Below are positions 1 through 14,651 of a DNA stretch of 64,000 nt, one piece after another. A program made the translations under genes and the position numbers. Origin of the DNA: the human T2T-CHM13v2.0 reference genome, Homo sapiens; assembly GCF_009914755.1 (NCBI RefSeq), contig NC_060926.1; one strand, given 5' to 3'. Position 1 is the first letter of the stretch, and each line of letters starts with the position of its first letter. The notes beneath the pieces are model-generated. The model was not told where the DNA came from. It made no database searches and saw only the letters and a program-made list of their open reading frames with translations.

Positions 1-1
1 C

Positions 2-40
2 TTAACCGGTCAAGCTCCACTGGCTCTGGCAATATTTTAA
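2..40 (+). CDS. VIT: Probable C-terminal codons (LTGQAPLALAIF*) of a short VIT isoform that reads through into the intron
   Basis: Open frame 2-40 ending in TAA. The peptide matches my recollection of the C-terminus of a short annotated vitrin isoform. The upstream exon is outside the window, so the frame cannot be verified here. Confidence 0.5.
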   Translation, partial: LTGQAPLALAIF

Positions 41-775
41 CAGATGCCAGGAACATGGGCACAGAAATCAATGAGATCAGATGGCTGGGGCTGAAGAATG
101 AAAGCTTTATTTTTTGTTTTTGCAATTCCGAGATTGTGTCTCTATATTTGTGTCATTTTCATTCAGATTGACTGTTGCCTTGAGTTTTAATGTATTGTTG
201 CTTTAGAAAATGACATGACATTCTGTCCGGAAATGTTTCCTGGCAGCTAAAAGGAAAAAGCTGTATCTACTTAGGTATGAAATGAAGAGAAGCAAAGAGA
301 ACGAGGTGGTTTATGTGATAACAGCAAGCTGCTCATCCAAATAACCCAGGCCAAAAATACACTGTCTACAAGGTTGTGCCAACTCAGCTTTCATGTGAAC
401 CACAAAAGGGAGTATCGGTAGACCTCAGGCCAAGAAAATACCTTTTTCCAGGTTTCTGTGTTAAATCAAGAACTGTACTATGCATTATTGTATCTCCAGA
501 GGTGTTTTGATTTCCCACACAAAGAGAAACTGTGAGTCGCTTTATAACGGGATTTTGCATTGCTTCCAGAAACTTGATAGGCTAGCTAATACATTATGAG
601 CCTGATAGTTCAGGTTCTGTTCATGTACTTAAGGTGAACACGGTTTAAGAATAGCAGTAGAACTTAGCATTTATTGAGCATTTGCTGTATGCCAGGCATC
701 ATTCCAAGAATTTTACCTGATCATTGTGTTTAATCACCGTAGACCACCATCGGCCTATACTATTACTCTGGCTGA

Positions 776-1162
<387 letters not shown>

Positions 1163-2328
1163 CATTCTAGATTTTCTTATGCTAATAGTACGTATATAGA
1201 TCGCTGATTTCCTGATTTGAGGAGCCTTAGCATACAAATAAGGAATTTTTTTTGTCTTTTCTCTTAATTACTGCTCCAGCTCTATCTTTAATTACTTTTT
1301 AATGGATCCAGTGGTCTAGTCCTGTTTGTTTAGTTTCAAGGATAGAGCTGTTCCCCACCTCCACCCGTGAACTGGCAGTGGGTCTGGTGCCTCGTGGGCC
1401 ATTTCTGAGATATCGCTTGTCCTCTTTTGACCTGGGCACAGAGACGAAGAATGGGTGACAGGTCTCCTTAAGTGGCTGGCATCTCTGTTGTTTCATCTGG
1501 CCCTGTGGCTCTGCAGAGCCAGAGGAAAGACTGATTCCTGGGTAGGTGATGTGTGTAGATATCGAAGGCAAGGAGACAGTGTTTAGTTTCATCCTGGCAC
1601 CCTCTTGTTGGGCCAGAAATCTGTGCCCCTCACTCCTTTCTCCAAGGTAGATACGGATGCCTGGTTCCAGCAGCCCCCTGGGGCAGCCCCTTCCCACAGA
1701 GCCATGGGAACAGCCAGGCTTCTCTTTGGCACCCTCAGGTCTGAGAACTGGGATGGGGTGAGGTCACCTCCCTCCTCGCATTTTGCTGCATGAGCCCTGC
1801 TGGCATGAGCCACTCCAGCTGCACCCCTCCCCCTCTCAGAGATCCCTAGGGCAGAAACAGTCCCCAGGTTCACATAAAGCCCCCAACTTCAGGGACCACA
1901 TGTCAAGCACCCCCTATTTTTACCATGAGTGGAAGAGCACTTCTAGACTCCCAGAATACACCCCCAAAACTCTGCGAGCTCTGTTGCTGTATTGCACACG
2001 TGTGATGGATCTGCAGAAAGATTGGTTGGAAATAAGATGCCCACCTGCCCTCCTGGCAGGTCCCCACAATCTTGACGAATGACTCTCTTAAAGCACCTTC
2101 ATTTGGCTTGGGTACGACAAAGTGTGAAGGAAGGGAGAAAATATCTTCTGACTGTGAACTCAGCACCCTCTAAAAGGTGGCTTCTGACCCCTCCTGTTTT
2201 TCGGGTCCTTTCCTTCTGTCCACTGGCCTGGGATGGGGGTGTCGGGGGTGTTGTGCAGGTTCTACTGGAATGGCCTCACCCGTGGGAAGTTCAGTGGCAT
2301 CTCTCCTGTTTTGGAAAGGGGTACTTGT

Positions 2329-2788
<460 letters not shown>

Positions 2789-4011
2789 TCAGATAAGGAA
2801 GCTGACCTTGAGAGAGGTTTAGTAACTCACCCAAGGCCATAGTTCTAAGCAGCCCAAAAAGTATGCAAACTCGGTATCACCTTAAAGCAGGGAAAGTTGC
2901 AGGGAAAAGAGTGTAGGGCAGAGAAACTATAGCCAAATGATAACTCGGATAATAAAAGTCTACTTGGTTTGTACGTTCTCCGCAGCAGAGACAATTTCTA
3001 AAACTATCTATTTACCCCAAGCACCATTCACCCCCAGCAAGCACTTGTTCCAGATGCCTGAGTCATTGACATCCACAAGGAGTGTGGATAGCCAAGGGTG
3101 CTTTTCGTGAAATTTATAAACTAGCAAGAGCCAAGCATTGCTGATGTCACTTGCCCCTTTACCAAACCGTTTAAACTTTTGATGACAGTATCACTAGGCA
3201 TTACTATCATCTCCTTGTTACTAGATGATCTATGATGGTCAGAGTCGGAAAAATTATTTACTCCTTCATTTTATTCATTCATTCAATGTTTACATTGAGT
3301 GAGCATCTCCTACGTGCAAGACCCTGAGCTAAACTACCAGCATTCCAACATAAAAGGGATTCTTGGGGATAGAAGAGCCTCTCTCTGTAAAGTCTTAGTC
3401 CCCAAGTCCTAAGTCCTTAGTCTTACTTAGGAGTAAGTTTTCACGAATTCAAATAAAAAATTTCAATGAGTACAATTAAAGGAGTGGTCCCCTTGGTCTT
3501 CCTTAAACCATAGAATTCCTTTAGTCATTGGGGAAGCAGAAGAGATGAAGGCTGAGCAGCTGTTCAGGTCTCCGCATGACCCTAAAAAATGTGTCCCGTC
3601 TCTCTGACAATATGAATTAACAGGCTAATCAGGCTAGGATGACCCCCAAAAGCATGACAACCTTCTACCATGGGAAATTATCCCCCTCAAAAAATAGAAG
3701 GCACTTTGATTTGCCCTGTGCGGCTCACACTGAGAACAGGCGTTCCCTGAGGTTTAAATACTGTTCCCCCACCACCGCGCCCCAACTGCCCTGGCATTTA
3801 GCAACCATTAGGCAGGCAGCTGCTTTTTGGCTAGAGCCTTGAGCTAAATAAAAACAGGGAAGTGTTGCTTTGTAGAAGTTTTTTTTAAAAAAAACTAGGA
3901 AGGCACATTCCTAGTATCACAGCAAGAAAAGGGAAAGTAAATCTTTGTTAGAGGCTACTGAGCTAGCATGGGAAAAACCTCTTCTGCCTTCCCTGGCTGT
4001 CTGCTGAGTCC

Positions 4012-4140
4012 CCCGCTGTGGTTCTCAAATGAGAATTCCACGGCCCACCCTGGGTCCAGTGAGTCAGAATCTCCACGACCAGGGCCCTGGAACCTGCATT
4101 TTAACACCTCCAGTGTGGTTCTAACGATGAGCCAGGTGTG
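4012..4140. mobile_element. MER5-like hAT-Charlie fragment
   Basis: ctgtggttctcaa...tcagaatctc...ctgcattttaaca motifs. Similar copies near 25420-25660, 26390-26530, 33220-33370, 33730-33880, 34110-34265 and 56565-56692. Confidence 0.55.
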
Positions 4141-4454
4141 GGGAGTGGTGTGGCACCACCTGCTATGTTTGAGAAGGTGGCTGCCTGGAGCTCTTCCGAC
4201 CACACCCAAATGAGGAATATGTGTAGAGTTTAAGGGAAGTTTTGAAATGCTTTCCCATAAAAATCTTTGAAAAAAGATCAAAACTTTATGTAGCTGAGAT
4301 TGCAGGAAGAAACTATTTTACTAGTTTTTTTTCAAATGGCTCAAAAAGAACTTGGTTCCATGAAGAATTCACCTTGGATCAAATCAAGGGTATTATGTTC
4401 AGTGAGGAATTGGGAGCAATTGGGATAGGAGGAGTAATTTTTCTCTATCTTCCC

Positions 4455-4738
<284 letters not shown>

Positions 4739-5879
4739 TCTATCTTCCCTCTTAAAGACAGTTCTAATCCATGAAGGAGAGCAGGCAAAAACAACAGCCC
4801 ACGGAAGCCCGTGGAAGCCCATGGCTGTTAGTTGAATTTATGATACACTTGAAAGCATCTGCATTATGAGCAAGTGATACAAAGACTGCCCTCAGGATCT
4901 TCAGCCTTTCTTTAGCAAATCAATTTTAGCAAAGGCAGACTGGGATAGTCAGCAGCCTTGGGATTAGCCAATGGTGTGACAAAAAGATAATTCCGATTTT
5001 CAATATATAATAAGTTTTAGGTGGCAAAAAGTGTTCACTATTTGCAAGTAGAAGTTTTATTTTTAGTACATTGCAGTTTCATGAATCATTTACAAGTAAA
5101 ATAGATTGTCAGTTTATGTATGTTTCTTTCCAAATTATTAATTACATCCTATTTCATAAAATATACAAGTGGATTTGTTAAATGGCTTTTCCCTAGATGA
5201 AGTAGGTCAAACCCGGGCCTGCATCTCCCTAAGGAGGCAATAATGCCTGGTAGCATTACCAGAGGGTAAGACGGAGAAGTACTTTGGAGAAATTAGAAAC
5301 TTCCCTAGTACTTGTTATGAAAGCTCAAACTCTTTAAAATAATGGAAATGTCATAAATCAGGCAGATTCACTTTTGCCTGAGGATGGCTTGAAGGAGGCT
5401 GCTGTGAGCTCTTTAGTGATTTGTCTGACACAGGCTACAGGCAAATTTAAAGGTGACCAACTTAGCAAGAAACAAGGCAATTGAAAGATCGGTTTCCTAC
5501 CTTGACCAGCTAATGCCTGCAAGAGCAGACCGAATGGCTGAATTCCAACCCGATTCCAGGAATACTGTTTGCTGACCTGCTGTCTTAAGTCAGTGCTGTG
5601 ATTCCTGCAAAAGACGGCAGAGTCAGGGTGGGGAAATGAGCAGGTGCTGCTGTTGGCGGTGGGTCTAAACACCCCACCACACATTTGTTTGCATCACTTG
5701 TCCAGGACTATGATTCTGGCACTATTTTCCTGGATGTTATACAATGTCAAAGGGGAAGGTGGATGGTTCCCACCAAGACAGAAGCACCTTCTTATTTCAG
5801 ATGCTATCTTCTTGGTCTGCTGTGCTGTGTAACAAAAATGTATCAACCCCAAGCAGAGTTAAGGCCAGAGCTGGGATGC

Positions 5880-6283
5880 TGTGGTAGGCTGAAAAACACC
5901 CTGGAAAAGATATCCATGTCCTAATCCCTGGAACCACTGAATGTTTCCTTATATGGAAAAAATGTGGGGAGCCTTTGCTAATGTGATTAAATTAAGGATC
6001 CTGAGATCGTGACGGGGCGGTTATTCTGGATTCCCCAGGTGGGCTCTAAATGCAATCACTGGCATCTTTGTAAAAGGAAGGCAGAGGGAGATTATTTCAC
6101 ATCCATAGAGGAGGAGGTTGTATTAGTTCGTTCTCACACTGCTATAAAGACACTACCCAAGACTGGGTAATTTACAAACAAAGGAGATTTAGTTGACTCA
6201 CAGTTCCACATGGCTGGGGAAGCCTCATGAAACATACAATCATGGCAGAAGGGGAAGCAGGCATGTCTTACATGGCAGCAGGC

Positions 6284-6314
<31 letters not shown>

Positions 6315-6785
6315 CTGCCTTATAAAACCATCAGAGCTTGTGAGAACTCACTCACTATCATGAAAACAGCATGAGGGACACCGCCCCCATGATCCAATCA
6401 CCTTCCACCTCATCCCTCCCTTGACAGGTGGGGATTATGGGGATTACAATTTGAGATGAGATTTGGGTGGGGACACGGACCCAAACCATATCAGAGGTCA
6501 TACGACGACGGAGCAGAGAAACAACTGAAGATGCTGGCCTTGAAAACTAAAGTGGCATGGCCACAAGCCAAGGAATGCCAGCAGTCAGCAGAAAGCAGAA
6601 GAGGCAAGACACAGAGTCTACCCTATAGCCTCCTGAGAAAGCTCAGTGTTGCTGACACCTTGAGTTTGACCCAGTGATGCTGATGTCTGACTTCTGGCTT
6701 CCAGAACTGTGAGAGAATAAATTTCTGTCATTTTAAGCCACCCAGTTTGTGGTAGTTTGTTACAGCAGCCCTAGCAGCTGATACA
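5880..6785 (+). mobile_element. MaLR solo LTR (MLT1-type), interrupted by a younger LTR
   Basis: TG start; gatatccatgtcctaatccctggaacc; ccagaactgtgagagaataaatttctg...tttgttacagcagcc...ataCA end. Confidence 0.85.
6119..6493 (-). mobile_element. MaLR solo LTR (THE1D/MSTA-like)
   Basis: tgtattag...aaaccatatca termini; perfect 5-bp TSD GAGGT at 6114-6118 and 6494-6498; internal (GA)n. Confidence 0.9.
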
Positions 6786-7107
6786 GGTACACAGGGACAG
6801 AAGCTGGCATGCCCCAATGGGGCCCAGCAGGCACAAGCAACAGTGGGTTGTTCCTTCCCAGGACCGAGGAGCTGTTCACTTTGGGGGCCACTGTGTGTCT
6901 CCCTGAGAACTCACAGTTCTCAAGACAAACCCCAATGCCCAGTGGGTAGCCACTTGTCCCCTTGCTCTAAACCTTCAGAGATATTCTCAGAGCACTAACA
7001 AACTGAGACTTGCTTTATAGGGAGCCAACTACAGCGGTGTTTAAAAGGAGAGAAGTGATCTAAATCATCACACGTGGATGAAGAGCACCATTTAGAAGTC
7101 GAATCTA

Positions 7108-7406
7108 GGCCGAGCACAGTGGCTTGCACCTGTCATCCCAGAGCTTTGGGAGGCTGAGATGGAAGAATTGTTTGAGGCCAGGTGTTCAAGATCAGCCTAG
7201 GCAACACAGGAAGATGCTTTCTCTACAAAAAAAAAATTTTAAATTAGGCAGGTATGGTGTCTTGCACCTGTAGTCCCAGCTACTTGGGAGGTTAGGTGGG
7301 AGGATCACTGTACCCCAGAAGTTCGAGGCTGCAGTGAGCTATAATTGTGCCACTGCACTGCAGCCTGGGTGACAGAGCAAGATCCTGTCTCAAAAAAGAA
7401 AAAAAA
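7108..7406 (+). mobile_element. Alu (AluJ-like)
   Basis: Diverged dimer with gaggctgcagtgagctat. Confidence 0.9.
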
Positions 7407-7954
7407 TGTAGAATCTGGATCATCCTTGCCATCCAGGTAGTTCTATTACCCCATTTTACAGATTAGGAAACTGGGGCCCAGAAGAGTTGACTAGTCATGA
7501 ACCAACCTAAACCAGCGCATCTAAAACGCATTCTCTAAGACTAGGTCATAATGAAAGCCCCAAATGCACCTTCTGTCTTCTATTCCAAGGCCAATGCTAA
7601 TCAAATCAGCAAAAAACAAAAACAAAAAAAAATGTACATAAACCATTGCTAGTGGTGCCAGGCAAATTAATTCAGCAATTAATCATGTTCTGCCTTGTCT
7701 ATGTTCTATGTTGCTATAGTTTTGACCTGTCATTTATTTTATTGCTATTGAATCTTTGGTTGATTGAGTGATTGCTCTGAGAGCATACATTCTTTCAGGC
7801 AAGAATGTGGCTGTTACCTGGGTTTCACCCTTCACCGTGGCTAGCACAGCTCTGTGCTCATAGCTAGTGTTCAATCAACATTTATTTTATTTCTAGTTCT
7901 ATAAGAGTGTACAGGTTATTTTGTGGGCCTTGGTATAATTCCATTTTCTTACAG

Positions 7955-8146
7955 GTGAGACCACAAAAGCCTATCAGAGGCCACCTATTCCAGGGACAAC
8001 TGCACAGCCGGTCACTCTGATGCAGCTTCTGGCTGTCACTGTAGCTGTGGCCACCCCCACCACCTTGCCAAGGCCATCCCCTTCTGCTGCTTCTACCACC
8101 AGCATCCCCAGACCACAATCAGTGGGCCACAGGAGCCAGGAGATGG
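7955..8146 (+). CDS. VIT: VIT coding exon, 192 nt, phase 1-1, Thr/Pro/Ser-rich linker (GETTKAYQRPPIPG...GHRSQEM)
   Basis: ccattttcttacag|GTGAGACC...GAGATGG|gtcagt; open frame; not in the ORF track. Confidence 0.95.
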
Positions 8147-8976
8147 GTCAGTAGGTCGACCATGTGTTGCTTTGTGCTAGGGAAATGGGAAATTGGGCTT
8201 TTAGAGTAACAGCTCTGTCTGAGCATCTACTGGGCTGGGTGAATGGGGAGCACTGGAGAACTGGGCCGGGGGTATGTTATTTGTGTCCTCCTCCTAGATT
8301 CAAGGGAGGATGTAGATTCAAAAATAAGACTGCTGTCACCGTACTTCTGAAGATAGAATACTTTCCCATTGCAAAATCTTCATTTCTCCAAAAGCTCAGT
8401 TGAAGGGATGGTAGATTTCTATGTAAACATTGTTGGGGTTTATTGTTGTTGTTATTGGTTTTTAAGTGACAAATGGTACAGACTTGGAAGTCTTCAAATA
8501 TTAAAAGCAAACAAAACCAAAAGAATCCCTTTAGGAAAAGTCAGCTAATGTTTTTGTTCCTTTTCTGATGGTTTTTTGTCTTACTACTTTTACCCATTGC
8601 TCAAATCATGTTGAAGGTTTTATCAAGGTCCAGTTTATGGACTTCATCTCGTACTACATCAAATAGGGCCTAAGGAGCCCATCTGATCATCTGATCTCAT
8701 TTCTGCACAGACTTATATCTACACCATCCTAAGTTAATAAGCATCTATCTCACTTCCAGAACTTTTCTAGCAAGGGGGCGAAAACTTCTGCAGCTGGAGT
8801 TCCACTATTGTCTTAGCAATGTTTTCTGAATATTTCCCACCTGGTGCCACTTTTTCCTTCCAGGAGGAAGTGCTCTGGACTTGTTCTTTTCAGGCTCGCC
8901 TCCAGCTTGCAGTCACTACTGCCACATAGCATGACCCTTCCCCCTCTCCGCTCCCATAGCAGAGGCCAGCTACCTA

Positions 8977-9318
<342 letters not shown>

Positions 9319-10561
9319 TCAGCACTTTGAATATGCTAGCCCATCTTCTGAACACCTTACAAATATTAGCCTATTGAATCCTCCGTAACAACCCTATGAA
9401 GTAGATTTATGACTTCCAATTTCAATAATCCATTGTATTGATGAGGAAACCAAGGAGTAAGGCAGTGAGGAAACTGGTTCCAGCCTACACAGCTGGGAAG
9501 TGGCAGAACTGGAATTCAAACTCCAGCAGCCTGGCTCTCCTCTTCCTTGCAGGGGAGCATCCCTGCCAAAAATGAACACCCCAGGCCCAGGCAGAGCACA
9601 TTTTGGCATGATTAGTATGGCAAAATTAAAAGGTGCTCAGCACAGCCAACTTCTTCTTGAATTAATAATAACAGAATGCATGTAGTACATATATCTCATT
9701 TACCAGGTATACTGCATGTATTATCTTATTTAATCTTCCCAATAACTTTTTGAAATAAGAATTATTATTATGCTATTTTATGGACGACTCTTTGAAGAAG
9801 CTATGATATAAAGTCCCAGAATAAGAATACCGCAAAAAGAATTTTTGGTGTTCTGAAATACATCAAACACTCCTCCACCATTCTGTTCCTGTTTAACTCA
9901 GGATAATATTAACACAGGTGCACAATACTTGACAGCAAAAGAGAAACAGGAAGGATGCTGGATGGCAAGGGTTAACAGGGGTTCTGTAGCCAGAAGTTCT
10001 CCTTTCTAAAATTTCAGGCTCTTGACTTCAGATGCCTTGATTCTTTCAAAGATTTTTGAGTATCTGAGTTAGTTGTTTGCTCCTGTTTTCTCCTTAGAGG
10101 ACTTTAAATTCTTACGTAACACATATAATTAAACATGTGGCATATTTATTTGGCTACGCTGGGAGCTTGGAAATCTGTTGCAAGTTGGGCTCTGCTGGTG
10201 GAAAACCTAAGAAACTTGAAGTAGTGGCTCCTAACCTGGCAAAGCTTCTTTATTCCTGGCTTGGGAACAGGAGCTTTGGACAACAGCCTCCTGGCCCATC
10301 AGTGTTCCTTCTTCATCCTTGTCCAGAGCCCACTTCTATGGTGATCCACAGACTGCTAGACAAACGCTCGGAGCAAGCAAGCCATGAAGCATGCACCACA
10401 ATGGCTAGGATAGGAACCAAACTGGGGAAGCGGGGAGAGCTTTTTAAAAGTTGTATTGCCTATTCAAAGGAGTTTCTGAAGGCCTAAAAAGAAGTGAAAA
10501 TTAATATTTAATTGCTTATGTCTTCTTAAAATAAAAGTATTCATGAGAGACTTTCCAGAAA

Positions 10562-10740
10562 CCATACAATTCACTCATGTAAAGTACAAATCAATGGTTT
10601 TTCGTATATTCATAGGGTTGTGTGACCATCACCACAATCAATTCTAGAACATTTTCATCCCCCAAAAGAAATCCCGTGCCCATAAACAGTTACTCATCAT
10701 TTCCCCAACCCCTCCTCCCCAGCACTAGGCAGCCAATTGA
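10562..10740 (-). mobile_element. L1M (L1MB-like) 3' fragment
   Basis: accatcaccacaatcaattctagaacattttcatc motif typical of old L1 3' ends. Confidence 0.7.
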
Positions 10741-11745
10741 CTTGCATGAATGCCTATCTTAAGGCTATAGATATTTGCTGTGATATTTCAGTCCAACTAT
10801 ATTAAATAATATTTAGATAAGTCATGTTTTTCCTTCAAATGGGCTGAAAATTGGAAAGCAAATCTCCTTATACTGTGATAGACAAGTGAGCTGCTGTTAT
10901 TGCACTTATTAAAGATTTTTCCTCTTATATATGTGGCTGTAGGCAAAAGGTTCTAGAACTGGTTGTGGACAGGGTGTTCAAGCAAAACCTAATTCACTTA
11001 TTCATTCAACAAACGTTTTATGGAATGCCCACTATGTGTCAGGCACTGTTCTAAATCTGGGCTACATCGATGAACACATCCCATCAAGATCCCTGCAGCA
11101 AGTCGCTTCGGCTTAGGACACCTGAAGGGTATGTAGCCAAAACAGGAGCTACCTGTGTTTGGGGTCTGTGAGTCATTTGTACTCCACAATGGGATCAAGA
11201 TCTGCCTCTGATACAACACATGGGAACTTGGAGAGGGCTCAAGGGAGAGCGGAAAGTACATAGCAGGAAGACACAGGGGTTCTTCCAGCCCATGCAGAGG
11301 AGCTGATGCAGGTGGAAGGTGGGGCTGGACACCAAAGCCGCATCATGGCCCCTTAACTGACCCATAAATGTGCACACCAGCAAGACAGAAGGGAGTGAGT
11401 CAAGGCTGGGGGTAAGGGAGCCGAAAGCCAGAGCAATAGAGACTTCCTACAGGTGCAGGAAGGAGGCTGTTCTTCATGGGAAAGGCCAAGGACAATGGCA
11501 TCAGAGGGGGAAGCCGGGAGAGCCAGATCTATAGATATGCTTAGGAAAGAGTTCTGGAAAAGACAGAAAATCCCTCCAGGTTCAGCTACAGGTCTGGGTG
11601 AATCTACCACAGGCTAAGGAGGTGGAGTGGCTGTGTCTTCCTTTGTTTTCTTAATCAGGTTCATTTCAAGACATGCCATGGTTGCCTCAGCTGAGCTAGC
11701 ATTGAACTTGTCCACAACCAAGGGTAGACCAGGGAGGGGAGAAGA

Positions 11746-11759
11746 GCGCCGCCTAGTGG
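11746..11759 (-). promoter_or_regulatory. CTCF-like motif
   Basis: Reverse complement CCACTAGGCGGCGC; one mismatch to CCASYAGRKGGCRS. Confidence 0.4.
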
Positions 11760-11984
11760 CAGGGAATAGCGATGACAGAGATCCTTCACCTCTCTACCCT
11801 GGGCTCCACCTTCTGACCAAGGACCGCTAAGCGGGAGAAAGTGAAATTTGAGGCAGGAAGAGAGGCCAGCATCTTATCACAGCTCATTCCTTCCACATAC
11901 AGTTTCCCTTACCAACACTCATCTCACCAGTGAAAGCTTATCTTCCTTAAGGTATTTGGAGAAGGCTTTTCTTAAAATCCAGTC

Positions 11985-12965
11985 TTACAAATAGTAAGAA
12001 AAAGACAAATATTCCAAAAGAAAGATGGGGAAAGGCCATAACCAGGCAAGCCACAGCAGAAGAACTACAAATGGCCAATAAAAAAATTGTTATAAAAATG
12101 TTCGGCTTTGCCGGGCCCGGTGGCTCACGCCTGTAATCTCAGCACTTTGGGAGGCCAAGGCGGGCGGATCACGAGGTCAGAAGTTCGACCAGTCTGGCCA
12201 AGATGGTGAAACCCCATCTCTACTAAAAATACAAAAATTAGCCAGATGCAGTGGTGTGCACCTGTAATACCGGCTACTCAGGAGGCTGAGCCAGGAGAAT
12301 CGCTTGAACCCGGGCAGCAGGAGTTGCAGTGAGCCGAGGTCGTGCCACTGCACTCCAGCCTGGGTAATAGAGTGAGACTTCATCTCAAAAAAAAAAAAGA
12401 AAAAGAAAAAGAAAAAAAAAAAAGATGTTCAGCTTCACCAGGAATCAAGTAAGTACAAATTAAACAACAAAATATCATTTCTCAGCAACTCTCATTGGAA
12501 ATCGATAATACACAGTTTGGATGAGAGTGTGGAGAAATGACCCAGAATTCACACTTCCAGGAATATATCCTAAGGTAATTATCAACCCGGGGTGAGAACA
12601 GATGCTGTTCATAATTTTTTAAAGGAGATAATTTACTTATTTATCACTAGAAGAATGGCTAAAGAAGTTACTATACAGGTAGTAAAATGTTGAGAAATAT
12701 GTGCGCTTAGTGCCACAAGAGAATTGGCCTGGGGCAGATCATTCAGTCAAAGAAGCAGGCTACAAAACAGCATGGGAACCAATCTCATTTTTGCAACGTG
12801 TGTTGTACATGAGAGCATGTACATCCCACAGAAAAAGGGATACAACTCTGTATGCCAGAATTGTATACCAGTAACTGCTGGCTAGAGGATAAAAGGTGAT
12901 TGCTTACTATGCATAGTATATCATCTTATTTTTACAGTAAGCCTATGTTATCTGCATAATTAAAC
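11985..12965 (+). mobile_element. Old L1 (L1ME-like) remnant interrupted by an Alu
   Basis: acaaatggccaataa...aaaatgttc and ccaggaatatatcctaagg motifs. Confidence 0.55.
12110..12423 (+). mobile_element. Alu (AluSg-like)
   Basis: Full dimer; degenerate TSD aaa(a/g)atgttc(g/a)gctt. Confidence 0.92.
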
Positions 12966-12985
12966 AGAAAATAAGGCTGCTTTGA

Positions 12986-13597
12986 GGCTGGGCGTGGTGG
13001 CTCATGCCTCCCTAATTCCAACACTTTGGGAGGCCGAGGCAGGAGGATCACTTGAGGCCAGGAGTTCAATACCAGCCTGGGCAACAGAGCAAGACCCCTG
13101 ACTCTACAAAAATAAAAAAAACTTCCGTGGCTCACGCCTGTAATCCCAACACTTTGGGAGGCTAAGGCAGGCAGATCACCTGAGGTCAGGAGTTCAAGAC
13201 CAGCCTGACCGACATGGAGAAAACCCATCTCTAATAAAAATACAAAATTAGCCGGGCATGGTGGCACATGCTTGTAATCCCAGCTACTCGGGAGGCTGAG
13301 GCAGGAGATCACTTGAACCTGGAAGGCGGAGGTTGTGGGGAGCCGAGATCATGCCATTGCACTCCAGCCTGGGCAACAAGAGCGAAACTCCATCTCAAAA
13401 ACAAAACAAAACAAAAACTTAGCAGAGCATGGTGATGTGCACTTGTAGTCTCAGCTACTCAGGAGGCTGAGGCAGGAGGATCACTTGAGCCCAGGAGTTC
13501 AAGGCTGCAGTGAGCTATGATCACACCACTGTACCCCAGCCTGGGGGACAGAGTGAGAGCCTGACTGAAAACAAAAAATAAACAAACAAACAAAGAA
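12986..13597 (+). mobile_element. AluJ host split by an AluSp (about 13125-13412) inserted in its central A-rich linker
   Basis: Left monomer, TSD aaaaactt, AluSp-like element, TSD aaaaactt, right monomer. Confidence 0.88.
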
Positions 13598-14323
13598 ACC
13601 TACTTTGAAATTGTGTCAAATAATTGGAACATAGACAAAAAGAGTCAAAAGCTGATTTTGGATAACTCCAGTTCTAAGACAAATTGATATTTTTTTCCAT
13701 GCCCTCTTGCTCTTCCCCTTCATGACATTTGGTTATTTCCGTCAGCTGGGTTTTACGTGCCTCTCTTTCCCTTCCAAAGGCTTTGCATTTCTCTTAACAG
13801 AATGTTTTATCTCCCTTCTCCCTTTTAAAACCTTGCTTTAGAGAAATTGCTCAATAAATAATGAATGTTGAAGTGTGTTTCCTTCGCTCACAGAGTAATT
13901 AAGGATAACCCATTGTGTACCTCTAAAAATGATGAAAAGCTAATTCTATTTGCATCAATACCACGTTAACGCAGCTTAAGCAAATTGCTGAATGTTAAGT
14001 GACACTTCTACTGAAGGATTACTTCAACCTCCCCATGAGTGGCACAGTTGAGAATTATTGTAAGAATAATGAAGTGTAAAGAAATATGGCATTTGACTAA
14101 AAGATAGATACTTTGATAGTTGTGAAATACAAAGGTTATTATTACCTGTAGTTTTTAGTTGGTGTTTTAGGTTAAATACTCTTTTTTTTTTTTTCATTTG
14201 AATTCCTCTTCCAAGGCAGGTTTGGACTGCCCAAATATAGAGCTTCACCTTGTTTCCAACCTTGGTAATGTCTTGCTAGGTTGGATCATAGAAAGAATGA
14301 AAACAGTCAGGTTAAAATTTATT

Positions 14324-14620
14324 GGCCGGGCGTGGTGGCTCATGCCTTGGGAGGCTGAGGCAGGCAGATCACTTGAGGTCAGGAGTTCAAGACCAGCCTG
14401 GCCAACATGGTGAAACCCCATCTCTACTAAAAATATAAAAAATTAGTTGAGCCTAGTGGTACGCACCTGTAATCCCAGCTACTCGGGAGGCTGAGGTGGG
14501 AGAATCGCTTGAACGCGGAGGTTGCAGTGAGCTGAGATCGCACCACTGCACTCCAGCTCTGGGCATACAGTGAGACTCCGACTCAAAAATAAATTAATTA
14601 ATTAATTAATTAAATAAAAT
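14324..14620 (+). mobile_element. Alu (AluSz-like) with (AATT)n tail
   Basis: Ends about 30 nt before the acceptor at 14651. Confidence 0.9.
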
Positions 14621-14651
14621 TCATGCTCTGACCAGTCAAATGTCCTTACAG

